Below are positions 39,490-52,109 of a stretch of DNA of 64,000 nt, piece after piece. Within the stretch, counting starts at the first letter, position 1. Each line of letters opens with the position of its first letter. The notes beneath the pieces were generated by a model. That model made no database searches, was not told where the DNA came from, and saw nothing but the letters and a program-made list of their open reading frames with translations. This DNA is from Lytechinus pictus (lineage: Eukaryota): contig NC_087247.1 in the NCBI RefSeq assembly GCF_037042905.1, positions 10,974,001-11,038,000 of the forward strand, in the 5' to 3' direction. A program made the position numbers and the translations under genes.

Positions 39490-39679
39490 CTACACAAAAT
39501 TTTTAGTAATTCATGCTAGAACAAGGTTAAAGAGATTCTTTTACAGGAAGAGTCCAAACAAAAAAAGCTGAATGTCTCCAAGATGATTGTTTTTTGGTTT
39601 TTGGAGTTTCTCGGATCAGATTCAATAAACTTGTATCCAATGAAAATCTTAAAAATGTGAAGGAGTATGGAATTACACA
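39490..39679 (-). other. Candidate non-coding (5'UTR/lncRNA) internal exon
   Basis: Strong minus-strand acceptor cattttcactttctattttcag| at 39680; possible donor TAG|GTTTGT at 39490/39489; frames contain stops. Confidence 0.3.
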
Positions 39680-39835
39680 CTGAAAATAGAAAGTGAAAAT
39701 GTCTCAATTCTGCTTGCACACTCTGCCTTGAATTTTGTCTTCTCCAGTTTCTATCAATTGGTATAAACGACTTCAGTCCACTTTTCTCATTCACCTTCAC
39801 TGAGATTTATCCTTTACAAGGAAAAGGACAAATGA

Positions 39836-40305
39836 ATAATGATAATGATGATGATGATGGTGGTGGTGATGGCGATGATGATGATGATAATTGTGGCGAT
39901 AATGNNNNNNNNNNNNNNNNNNNNNNNNNNNNNNNNNNNNNNNNNNNNNNNNNNNNNNNNNNNNNNNNNNNNNNNNNNNNNNNNNNNNNNNNNNNNNNNN
40001 NNNNNNNNNNNNNNNNNNNNNNNNNNNNNNNNNNNNNNNNNNNNNNNNNNNNNNNNNNNNNNNNNNNNNNNNNNNNATGATCGATGATGATGATAATGAT
40101 GATGGTGGTGGTGGTGGTGGTGATAATGATGGTGATGATGATGGTGATAGTGAAGATGGCAATGGTGATGATGGTAAAAATGATTGATGATGATAATGAT
40201 GGTGGTGGTGATAATGATGGTGATGATGATGATGGTGATGACGATGATAATGATGATAATAATAACAAAAATAACAGCAACATTAACAATAATGGTAATA
40301 ACAAT
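39836..40305. repeat. (GAT/GGT/AAT)n microsatellite spanning assembly gap 39905-40076
   Basis: Visible directly in the sequence. Confidence 0.95.
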
Positions 40306-40915
40306 TGTATAAAGATGGCTTATAGTAAGAGAAAGACAAAAAAGGTTGATGACTTAAAAACCTTTTGCATCCATCGCCACACACCACACATCAGTTCTCT
40401 CCTTTAAATTGGCAAATGGTTGCACCAGAAATTACTTGTGTTTGTGCAGAGCAAAAACAATTGTAAATGACATATGAACTTGGCATTGAGGAGTGAATGT
40501 ATGTTAATGTACTTATGCTTATCAATGCAAAGGCCATGTCAAAGGGGCCAGAGAAAAAATTCCTAGCTGCTAAACCAATAGGTGTAAACCACAATCTACA
40601 TGTACATGTAGCACTAGCAGACATCCAGCAAAGTTGCCCCCTTCCCGATTCCTGGTGGGGGGGGGGGTGGAGTTGTCCTCAACATAAACGTCGAGTGTAA
40701 AACATATAAGTGTATGTCCAACAGAGGGGAGGCCTATGTTCTACTGATATGGCATTTTCATTTCAAAAGTATGCAAACAAAATATTTCAACAATGACATT
40801 CTACATGGCAACAGTATGGCATCGATAACAATTTAAAAAGTCTTTGGCACAAGTGCAATCTCCCTTCTGTTACATTAGTTACCTTAGTTAATACATCATA
40901 AATGTAGAGTATATT

Positions 40916-41025
40916 TAAGTGGTAGAGCACCCACCTCAAAATGGAAGGTCGTGGGTTCGATCCCTGGCCGAGTCATACCAAGACTTTTTTAAATGGAACT
41001 TTCTGCCTTCTATCTTGGCGCTTTG
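40916..41025 (+). mobile_element. tRNA-derived SINE head fragment
   Basis: agtggtagagc...gggttcgatccctggccgagtcataccaagact; similar to the 3110-3309 SINE. Confidence 0.75.
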
Positions 41026-41744
41026 GGGTGGAGAAGAGTAATAATAAAATGTTACGTTATACATGTACAAGGCCCATTGGAAGATCAGTCTTATAACTAT
41101 TGTTGCTAACTTTGATACATAAAACATTATTAATATAATAATTAAGTTGTCAACAAGGTATAAAGCTACATGTAGACCTTGACTTCTTTCCCCTATCATA
41201 TAAAAGCATAACCTATTTCTTTAAACTTTGTAGGAATGGCAATTGGCAGCCAGTATTTGCCAGCATACATTGTAAGGGTATGGCATTATTTGAGTTGTTT
41301 ATCGAATAGAGGCAAGGCAGTATTCTGTGTGCACGTAATTGGATCAGAGTCCAAAATACCGTTCATAGAGTGGCTGGATATATTTCCAATGGCTTTCATC
41401 ATGGGTTAAAGTGTGCCCCCTTCACCATACGGATTTTCAATGATAAAACAGTTTTACATGTTCATAAGTCTGTCTCTCCTTCCCCACCATCTGCACCTAA
41501 CTGGTATGTTGTCCTGGCCGTACGCAGCGGTGGGGGGGGGGAAGGTGACAGTTGCCCCCCAGACATTTTGAAAACATTTTTTTTACTGAAAATTTTCACA
41601 AAAGTATGCACGAAATCCTTCAATTTCAGTTTACAAAATTCAAAAACACCCTTATAATGACAAGCTCGGTCGTTTCGCTCCCTCATTAAAAAAAAAAATT
41701 TACGCGTCCTACCCCCCAGCAAAAAAATTCTACCTACAGCGATG

Positions 41745-42010
41745 TACGTTGTGACCAAGTGGACTAGTCTCAGGAATTTGAATGGAGGGCAGTGGGTTCA
41801 AGACCCAACCAAGGCATCATTTCCTTCAGCAAGAAATTGATCCACATTGACCCAGGTGAGGTAAATGGGTACCCGGCAGGACTAATTTCTTGAATGCACT
41901 GAGCTTTGTTGAAGCAGCTGTAGCTCGAGCTAAAGCCGGGGTAATAATAGTTGCGTTTTGTATCCTCTGACAAAAAGTGCTATATAAATCCTGCTATCAT
42001 TATCATTACC
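41745..42010 (+). mobile_element. tRNA-derived SINE, near full length
   Basis: B box gggttcaagaccc; body cccaggtgaggtaaatgggtacccgg; tail tgctatataaatcctgctatcattatc. Confidence 0.85.
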
Positions 42011-42266
42011 ATTACTGCTTTTTCCAATTTTTTTCATTACACAAACCTCTCTTTCATGCTTTCTCACTCCTTTCAAACCAACTGACTTCTCTATATTAGT
42101 CCCCCCCCCCCCCCTCTTTTCTCAATTGATCAACTCAACTAGAAGAATTCCAATAGAAAGGAAGGTTTGAAGCTTTTCTGTACAGAAAATAATAACTTGT
42201 ATACCACATCTAGGGTTCAAGAGCATTCGATCTTTGAAAGACATAGCACGAGGGGGCAAGGCAATG

Positions 42267-42827
42267 TTAAAGGACAAGTCTACCCCAACAAAAAGTTTAC
42301 ATTTTAAAAAGTGAAAAATCCAACAACCATAACACTGAAAATTTCATCAAAATCGGATGTAAAATAAGAAAGTTATAACATTTTAAAGTTTCACTTAATT
42401 TCACAAAACAGTTATATGCACATCCTGGTCAGTTTGCAAATGAGGCGACTGATGATGTCATCCACTCAGTATTTTATTGAATGAAATAAACAACTATTAA
42501 TTCCTCCCTGAACACGAGGAATTAGCATTGCTTAATACTATATGGTTTAGTCAAGTTGGTCCTTATTGTCAAATCTGTAAAAAATGAAATATTGTATAAT
42601 TCAAACAATAAAAAACAAAAGAAAAAGTGCGTGAGGGACATCGACTGTCTCATTTGCATGTCAATGAGTTGTGCATATCACTGTTTTGTGAAAAATAAGC
42701 AAAAGTTTGAAATGTCACAACTTTATTATTTTACATCCGATTTTGATGAAATTTTCAGCATTATGTTAGTATTATTTTTCTATTTTTATTCAAATCAACA
42801 TTTTTCTGGGGTGGACTTGACCTTTAA
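42267..42827. mobile_element. TTAA-flanked Kolobok-like MITE
   Basis: TTAAaggacaagtctacccc / ggggtggacttgacctTTAA; homologous to 8664-9380. Confidence 0.9.
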
Positions 42828-43390
42828 GATCAGCAAGTATTTGCCATTTGCCATATTTATCTTATGAAAAACATTTGACTGGTCTGTAATTGAATCTCTC
42901 AGTCTGCACACAATATTGTGGTTTCCTCCCTCCAGAGTTAATCAGAATTTAATCATATCGTGCATGTTCAAGGCATGATTTCATGTCCTTTAAGACGTAC
43001 ATTCATGGCCGATACGCGGTATAGTGCTGTATCACGAAATATGCACTTATAATGAGGTTTGGGCCCTATTTCGTGCGTAAATTCATGTGTGGGTAAAATG
43101 ATGGCGGGGATGTGATGAACTTGAGTTAACAGAGGCCATGGAACCGGGAGGGGCTGGGGGGGGGGGGGCTTCAGCTTACCCACTTTTTTTTCCAAACCCT
43201 TGTACATAAACATACAATCAACATTTGATTATGATTATTTTTTGCATGGTCAGCCTCCCCCCTTTCAAAACCGTTACACGGCCCGTAAATACAGCTTCAG
43301 ACACACAATGTTTACATGTATGATGATGCAAAATCTAAGAATTAAATTAAAGAACTACAAGATTAAAGATAAAGAGATAAAGAGAAAGAA

Positions 43391-43775
43391 GGCGGTGCTG
43401 CACCAGCCCAAGTTTGCTCAATCTCGAGATTTTAGCATGATCAGCCCTATTCGCGATTAATCTCGATATTCAAGAAACCCCGTCTCCACCATCACAAGAA
43501 GAGCAAGGCATCGATGCATTATGGTCTGACGCCGTGAATAAAATAATCCCGAGTGCATCTGCACCTGCCAATTAGCGGGATAATTCGTAAAATAGCGCAC
43601 TATTTTGCAAATAATCCCAAGTTGACTTGGGATTGCAATCTCGAGATTAATCCTGCGAACAAGCGCGATAATTGCGTCTCCATTACAAATAATCTCAAGA
43701 TTGTACAGATCGGGATAATTTGCCGGATCAGAAATATCGCGCTAATTTGAAAACTCGGGCTGGTGCAACAGCCCT
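43391..43775. mobile_element. MITE (Harbinger-like)
   Basis: tgcaccagcccaagttt / aaactcgggctggtgca; internal atctcgagat palindromes. Confidence 0.8.
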
Positions 43776-44349
43776 AGAGAGAGAGATGGAGATCGATAGA
43801 AAGTGTGAGAAAAAAAGGAGAAAGATGAAGAAGACAGAAAAGGGGTGGAGTGAGAGAGAGAGAGAAAGTGACATTCAGACAGTGAACATGTTTTGACACA
43901 ACAGGAGAAAATCAGATTCACCTTCATGAATAGCTTTGTGAAGCAAACCACGTGTACACATAGATTAGGGAAAAATGTCATAAAAACTCAATATTATTGT
44001 TATTGTTGTAGAATATGTATGCACATGCTATACAAGGTCAATCATAAAAGATATGAATTTTACATCGAACTGACACAAATATTTCCATTAATATATGTAT
44101 GGTAATGTTTACATTCCAGAAAATTACAATTGCCAGACTGTTCTTTTCACCCCCCCCCCCCAAACCTCTCTTTCTCTCCCCCAGCCACTTCCACTATTTC
44201 TCTCCTTAGAGCTTATTTCACTTCTCTTTTTATATATTTTCTTTTATTTTGTCATTCTTTTCATGTCTTCTACCTTGTCTTTGTCTCTATATTTCTTTGT
44301 GTCTCAATCTGTTCTCACCGTGCAAATCATGTAGCCCAGTACTTTTTAC

Positions 44350-44640
44350 CCTAGGCTAAACCCATATTGACCGAATGTCAGTTGACTCAACACAGAATAT
44401 TTCAACACGGCCTTCAGCCTGTTTGCTGGGAGAACCGGTCTTAGGGGGAAATTCGCATTTAAAGGCAGGAGCCCTGTTTGCTTGGGCTTTCGAGGCCCAG
44501 TGTTGACCTACGCAGCTCGCCGTCGTACCAAACAAGAACGTAAAATGCACTCTGACATGTGCTTTATCACTGCCCAAACATATGTGAGTTCCGCTGAACA
44601 AATCAATGAACGTGACAAGTCATTCTTGGTTTCTCATTTT
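44350..44640. promoter_or_regulatory. Candidate cis-regulatory module
   Basis: Unique GC-richer island with two CCTGTTTGCT (Fox-type) motifs and GGGGGAAATTCG (Rel-like). Confidence 0.3.
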
Positions 44641-44723
44641 CCCGATCCATTTCCCCCCCCCTCGCTCTCTCTTACCCTGTCAGTCTTTCTCTTGATCATC
44701 TTTCAGCTCTTCCCTATCCTGTC

Positions 44724-44999
44724 CTGGGCCCCGTCTTACAAAGAGTTACCATTGATCTGATCAATTGTAACTCTATGGAAATCTCACAAAAAACTTCTAC
44801 GAAAAACTTGCACAATGTCCTCTGTATGCAAAGAGAAGCGCAGTGAGTTTTCAAGAAAACTATGAATGCATGAATATACATGTACATCATAGCTAGAAAA
44901 TATTTTGAACAAACATGCATAATAGATGTTGACATTGCTGGCCGTCCATAGTTACGATTGATCGGATCACTCGTAACCTCTTTATAAGACGGGGCCCTG
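44724..44999. mobile_element. CTG-flanked MITE (Harbinger-like)
   Basis: CTGggccccgtcttacaaagagttac / gtaacctctttataagacggggccCTG; relatives at 48436-48710 and 53990-54255. Confidence 0.9.
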
Positions 45000-45130
45000 G
45001 GTCCCATAACACAAAGGATAGCGATTGATCGTACACTTGATTTTCACGATCAATTCTACATTGTAGTGAATTCAATCAATTGTAACTATATTCTACTTCG
45101 GTGATTGCTAAGCTTTGTGTTATGGGCCCC
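44999..45130. mobile_element. Second MITE directly abutting the previous one
   Basis: gggtcccataacacaaagg / gctttgtgttatgggccc. Confidence 0.8.
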
Positions 45131-45168
45131 CGGATCCTGTCTCTCTCTCCTACTGTCAGGCATTAGAG

Positions 45169-45311
45169 CAGGGCCCCGTTTCATGAGGACTTACAATTAC
45201 AAATGCCCAATTTCTATAACAAGTTTACCATCAGCCAATCAGATTGATGGATTTCAGTAGCTTTTAACTGTTATTGCAAAGTTATTACAACAAGTTTTAT
45301 GAAACGGAACC
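45169..45311. mobile_element. Short MITE
   Basis: gggccccgtttcatga / ttatgaaacggaacc; similar elements at ~38598-38757 and 53863-53990. Confidence 0.7.
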
Positions 45312-46074
45312 AAAAACTCCACGAAATATCCTCATCATGGGATGACATACATGTAAATGTCACAGAATTTACAGATACTTAGAATGAAAAAAATAGACAC
45401 ATAATTTAAAATGTACATTACATGTTATCTCTATCTAAACGTGCATATTAACATATATGTGCATTTTAACTTGGCCAAATTTAGATGTTAAATGCACAAT
45501 ACAAGTCAAATATTAGATAAATTGAAAATTCATACACACATACATGTACTACACACACATACTCAAAACAGACCTTATCAACACTTAGTTCAACAACCAT
45601 GACAACTCAGACATGTAACCGAGGATATAACAGATCATTGCAATTTCAATCAAAATATATCAACATTTCAACTATTGACAAAGAAACGTGGCTGTACTAT
45701 AGCATGATATTACTACCCTCAAATTTTTTATTAGTAATATGTATTCAATTTTGTATACAAACATCATATTTTTCAAGACTTTTGAGGAAACAATGAAACC
45801 TCTTTTAATACAGTCGATGAAAATGTGAGAACAGTGCCTTATGGTGCCTAAATTCAGTCACTAATTTCCATTAACAAGTTTGTAGATTATACCAAATCAG
45901 TATTTGAGTGGCTAGACTGTCTCCAGAAATGAAAGTTTTACTGGTATTAAAGCAGTTAAAATGGACACAGGAAATATGTTTAGATATTGGTAAAAACATA
46001 TTACAGAGGTCTTGTTAAAAATCCTGAACTTCGGTGTTGTTCATATGGATTTAAAAAAATGATTACTGAAGAAA

Positions 46075-46901
46075 AACAATTGAAATGCCTCTGGCATTAC
46101 ATGATTCCATATAGCAGCAATGCTGACTTTGAAAACAGCTATTGAATAAAACATTCATATAATAAAATACTATGTCCATTGACCCAAAATGACCTTTGAC
46201 CGTAATCATGTGACCTAAAACATGTGCAAAACAATCATTCATACTTGATTAACAATGTGTCTACATGTATGTTTCAATGTTATGATGCCAATTCAACAAA
46301 TACCCTCAACACGGCCAAAGTTCATTGACCTTAAATGACCTCTGACCTTGGTCATGTGACCTGAATCTCGCACAGGATATTCAGGGATACTTGATTGCTC
46401 TTATGTCCAAGTTTCATGAACTAAATCCATAAAATTTGTAAGTTATGATGATGATTCCACAAATACCCAAACATCGCCAATGTTTGTTGACCCTAAAAGA
46501 GATCTTTGACCTTGGTCATGTGACCTGACCCTCATGCAGGATCTTAAGTGATACACCATTACCCTTATGTCCTAGTTTCATGAACTAGATCCATATACTC
46601 TCTAAGTTAAGTTATGACTACATTTTGGTTAAGATTTTGATATTGATTCTCCCAACATGTTCATTGACCCTAAATGACCTTTGATCTTGGTCATGTGACC
46701 TGAAACTCAGGTAGAATGTTGAGTAATACTTGATTGTTCTTATGTCCAAGTTTCATGAACTAGGTCCATTTACTTCCCAAGTTATGATATTTCAAAAACT
46801 TAACCTTAAGATAAGATATGATGTTGGCGACGCCGCCTCCTCCGCCGCCGGCGTTGTCTGAAAAGCAACGCCTATAGTCTACTAGGAAGGCGAGACAAAA
46901 A
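46075..46901. mobile_element. Second HINE/Tsp-like element, 4 internal units
   Basis: Same ends (atgcctctggca...; gcctatagtct...gagacaaaa) and tgaccttggtcatgtgacctg units as 3731-4705. Confidence 0.8.
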
Positions 46902-47349
46902 TCATTACAAACTAAATTTATGCATGCACTTTCAAAATGTCTGTAACTGAAAAGTCATAATTAATGCTGACTGCTGAGGACTCTTGTTGTGACACATTGG
47001 CTATGTAATGTGCCAAATTAAATATGGTAAAAATCAAACTTCGGGTATATGTTGGTTGTTTTTGTTTAAATAAATTTGTTTTATGACCAATCCTTTTATA
47101 GTGTATTGCATACCAATAATTCATCAAATGATTTGAATTGGTTTATTCATTCTTCTCATTATGCTAAAGAAGCTTGCCATTTCAGTATCATGTTTCTAAA
47201 GTATTAAACATCAGACAGTCAATAGGTTCAGTATCAGGGAGTGCTTTTTCTCTAGAATAAGAAATCACCATTATTTTACACATCAGGCATTTCTTATTCA
47301 GTTGTTTAAGGGCTCTTAATAAGGGATGAAAACGGACTAAAATATCACT

Positions 47350-47850
47350 CAACCCCCCAACCCACGGGAAATCTATGCGCAGATTTAAACATTCCTCCGG
47401 AGCTTACAAGAGTTTTTCCGAATGATTAAAAACATTACTATCAGATTACATGAATCTTAGGAAACGAGACAGCGCTTTGAGCAAACTGTCTGCCCCCTGA
47501 TGCAACGTTCTTAGCAAACTTCAACGCACTCTCTCATACCGTCTAATCCAATGCCAAGAATTTGTCACCTGGCAAATACTCCCTAACTAGCGATGAAAGT
47601 AAGAACGAGAAAGAAAAAATTGGTCTGCTATCTTCTTCCCACTTGACACATTGGCTAAGACCCCTCGATTGTTAGCCTGTGAAAGACGAGAAGTTGCAAA
47701 TACTACGCTTAGTTGCCCGACAAAATGTGACGCAACGGCTAAATGCTAATGCCGTCTTCGGCTCATAAATCATGTTGTTCCGTTAACTGTCAGATAAAGA
47801 GGCAGAGCAGTGCTCAAGATCGAAGTCGTGTCAAAAATACTACATGATAG
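47350..47850. promoter_or_regulatory. Candidate cis-regulatory module or alternative promoter
   Basis: CpG-retaining island with TCATAAATCA (Pbx-Hox, reverse strand) at 47763, CTGTCA at 47787, AGATAA at 47792, TGATGCAA at 47498 and TGACGCAA at 47728. Confidence 0.45.
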
Positions 47851-48435
47851 GCATTTGAAAAGCTTGGGATTTATTTCTTCATGTGTCTCAAAGCGATCCG
47901 TCTCTCAATTTCTACTTCTGTTAAAGTCTGGATCATGTTCAGTTTTTATCACATCCAAACCTCAATTGCAACATTACACTTAGCATGACCTGCCGATCTG
48001 GAAGACATTTTCAGTTTCAAAAGCATTTTTCGTGAGATTTTTTTTTTAAATACAAGAATTTTATTTGTTAAGTAGGGCCTACCTGTCAACAGTACTTTCA
48101 CTAATGAACTTTCTCTTATGACCACTTTTTTTATGAATATACCTTTCCATTTTTTTCAGATCCCAAATAACTTTTATCAAAGGTTTCTCCTTTATTATCC
48201 AATACACTTAATTAGCATCTGAATAGTTATCTTCATCCGTTCTACAAGATACATCGTTCATAATCAATGGTATACATGTAGGCCTATATGTAATGTGCAT
48301 GTACAAACTAATACAGATTGCAGCTGGTTTCAATTTCTCTTTTAAGATGAATATTTAAATAAAATTATAGTAGCTTATAACAGCTGTCAGTGACAAACTC
48401 ATACAAAACTTAATATCTTCATTAAACGCTCCTCT

Positions 48436-48710
48436 TGGCCCAGTCTTACAAAGAGATGCGGTTGATTCGAACAACCATAACTATGGAAAGCCAGAAACGT
48501 CAACATCTAAAATGCATGTTTGTTCAAAATATTTTCGAGATATGACGTATATATACATACACATTCACTGTTTTAGTGAAAATTCAGGGGGCTTCACATT
48601 GTTTACAAAGGACATATTGTGCAAATTCCCTGTAAACAAAATTATGACATTGCATTTTCTGCACAGTTGAGGTTGATTGGATCAATTATGTCTCTTTGTG
48701 AGATGGAGCC
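48436..48710. mobile_element. Diverged copy of the 44724 MITE family, opposite orientation
   Basis: ggcccagtcttacaaagag / ctctttgtgagatggagcc. Confidence 0.75.
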
Positions 48711-50820
48711 GTTCTTGACTATCACTTTGATACACTACACTACGCCTAAATTTAGGGAGTCAAACTTTGAACATATTCATGCAAGATTATCCCCATTCCC
48801 AGTGTTCGCATGCAGTGAACCCATCTCCGAATCTTATACTCTACCCATATATGTTAATAGGTTGACTCGAACGAGAGTGAATAGCTATAGCTCATAGGTG
48901 AAGGAAATCATGATACACGGTGTACCCTATTTAACCCCTCTAGGATTCGTGCAGACAGGATATGCGACCGAAACCAATGCGGAAGTCAATAATGTCATTA
49001 GCCCAATTGAAAACACACAATACTCTCGCTTGCTTCTCCATCTCTTGCATATTCACTCTGTCTTCTACTTCTAGTTATCTTTTTTTTTAAGCATTCTTCA
49101 AATCTCCTTGATAAGTGCCACACATCCAAACATTATTGTCCCTGACAAATAACAAGGATGCACAAACTTGGTGTGTGTGTTTTTTTTCAAAGTTTCTCAA
49201 CTTAATAAGAGTCCCCTTTTTCACTTCATAATGCTTTTCCTTTTCAATACAATTCTCTATTTTAATATCCCTTTCTCACTCTCATTTTATTCTTTCTCTC
49301 ATCCATCTCTTTTACTCCCCCTCCTCTCTCTCTCCTTCTTGAAATTTAAAGTAATCTTATACAGGGTAACTATGTTATGTTTCCAATACCAATTCTGACA
49401 ATATCATGTTTGAAGTTAATTTCTTGGTTTCATGGAAAAAAAATGAGAAGAACTAAAACTACAATTGTGTGTTTTGGTTTGAAAGAAAGTACTGACGACG
49501 TGCCCGCCGATCATTGCAATCAAACTCTAATATTACTGTTGTGGCGACACATTCCGGTACTCTGTTCTATTTGTAAATCATTTTTTATAACTATTCTTAT
49601 GTTTAATTCTTGGTTTCCCTTTTTGCAAGCCTTTGAGGCTTTTTGGGATACCTTTTTCTTTCATTATTTTTTTTCAAATCTTATCTTAATGTTTCATGAT
49701 TATATTTGTATATTTATGTTCAAAATAATGTATGATATTTGTATGTTTTTACATGTATATATTATTGAAAGAAATAAATGAGAGTATTTCCACTCTCCCT
49801 CAATACAAAAATTACTAAATTATAAATAATTTCAATAACTGTTCTTGATTTATAAAGATGACAATTAATTGAAATCTCAAGGGAATGGGGCAAAAAAAGA
49901 ACCTATAGTGTGGAAAACAAAGTAAATATTGAGAACAACATAACCAAGAAAACAAAGATTATTGAAAAAGTGCTCCCTATATCTTACTGGGCTTGAATAG
50001 ACAATTCTATTTGCTATTTTCATAATGAAACCCAATTCTGTCAATCCTCTGATTGCTTGTTGATTAACAAGTAAAAATTCAATTCTTTCTTTCTGAAAAT
50101 TATGGATAAATTTTACTGATGTCAGATGTCCTACAACAATCTTTCTAAGAAAAGTGTAATAGAGTAAAAACTATAAATGTTTACCTTTTACAAGGCTTAC
50201 CTTTTTAAATTTGATATTACAACCCGCTCTGCAATTGGTTAATATTTACTTGTTGTCTTTAAAATTAGAATTAAATTCATATTTTGAATAGGATAGATTT
50301 TTCTTATGTTACTAACCCTACAACAAATGCCATTTTAGTATAAAAATACTGTATACATGTATAGTGAAAAACGAGAGTAACTATTCTTAAAAGAAAAGTG
50401 ACAATATATTTAAACTAACTCTTATAAGCACTTATTATTAATGTAGGACTGTTCTTTTGACATTTGGTTTCCTTTTATAGTTAAGTTATTGACACTTCAT
50501 AAAGATAACCAGTAAGAGATAGTGGATGGAGATGAGTGAGATGTTTATAGTAACTGGGATGATTGCATAATAAGAATGTTGAACAAAAGAATCAGATGTG
50601 AGAATGTAATGAATGAACACATCTGAATAGGAAAGGAATGACAGGAGAAGCAGGTTGGACGTGAAATGGAAATGGATGACAACAGAAACATCAAGAATGT
50701 AAACAAAGCTGAACTAAATACCAAAGCAAGAACTGTAAATAGCTAAACTATAAAAGGAAACCAAAGTCATACATTAATCATGGACGACCCCTCTTTTGGT
50801 ATACTTGAATAATACTATTC

Positions 50821-51210
50821 CAATAAGCCAGTTCACGGTAAGCTCATGATCAACTTTTCTCATGCGTAAGCTTTACCGGTAGAGTATTCAAATTCTAAGA
50901 ACAAAAGGCATTGTATAGACCAGGTGACTAGAATAGTACATCAGGGATAAAGTTTGGAAATCTGTTTTATTTGTCTGCCTTTGGCACATTTGACTATTGT
51001 TTAGGCTACTCTCAAATACCAGTGATTATGAAGGCTCTATTTATTACTCTTCAGCTTGGATGTGATAAAATGAATATTTTGAAAGGAATACATGAATAAT
51101 CATCAAATCACAAATGCCCATGTCAGTGAATTTGAAAGCCACCTTCATGGTTTATCTCAAATGACCTTTTTCTGCTCGTGCGCAGTTTACAACCGTGAAC
51201 AGGCTTATTG
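50821..51210. mobile_element. MITE
   Basis: TIR caataagccagttcacggt / accgtgaacaggcttattg. Confidence 0.8.
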
Positions 51211-51419
51211 GATAGGCCTACACTTTTCTGATGTCAAAAATCTTACAGCACCACAAATATAAGCATAGTGTAAATAAACACAACAAAACCTATTTAAAAA
51301 CAGCAACTAATTTAACCTACTAAAGGTTCATTTCTTGACTAACATATGCCGAAATTGCTTTGTAACTTTGCAGAGGTGTGCAAAAATTTGATCAGCCATG
51401 GGGACCTACCACTATGTGG

Positions 51420-51483
51420 TAGTCTACGCGTGGAGACACTCTTGCTGATCAAAGTTTCAATCAGGGTTTGTGCCAGCAGACTA
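51420..51483 (+). mobile_element. 64-bp TAGTCT...AGACTA mini-element
   Basis: Closely matching 64-bp copy at 61041-61104. Confidence 0.75.
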
Positions 51484-51517
51484 ACCTACCACAGGCTGTC
51501 AGTGCATGCAATAATGC

Positions 51518-52109
51518 TTAAAGGAGAATGAAACCCTTGAAACCAGCTGAATCCATATCAAAGAGAAAAATCAAAGAAACATATTGTTGAAAGTTTGAGG
51601 AAGATTGAATGAATAATAAGAAAGTTATGAGCATTTGAATATTGAGATCAATAATGCTATGTAGATCCTCCAATTGGCAATGCGACCAAGATCTGTGATG
51701 TCACACACGTACAACTCCCTCATTACTTTAGTACTTATTTCACTTATATTCTCACTTTTATAGAGTCTATCACAAGGTGAGGTGTTCTCTTTATGAGAGG
51801 ACAAGTACAGAGGTTTCACAACATTATATCATTGATGAATCGTTTGTCATATGATTAGAATGAGCAAAAAGAGATGTTTTGGGGTATATTTTCAGTGTCC
51901 AAAAGGGGAGAGTTGTTCATCTGTGACATCATAGATCTTGGTCGCATTGCCAATGGGAGGATCTCCATAGCATTAGTGATCTCGACATTCAAATGCTCAT
52001 AACTCTTCTATTGCTAGTCCTATTTTACTCAAACTTTTGTTGATCTTATTCTTTGATTTTTCTGCTTTCACAAAAGCTAGCTTGCTCCAAGAGTTTCATT
52101 CTCCTTTAA
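51518..52109 (+). mobile_element. Young TTAA-flanked Kolobok-like MITE, copy 1
   Basis: TTAAaggagaatgaaac / gtttcattctcctTTAA, 592 bp including TSDs. Confidence 0.95.

Noticed and set aside
39797-40407. Poly-D/M/H/S ORFs
   Set aside because: Trinucleotide microsatellite plus N gap
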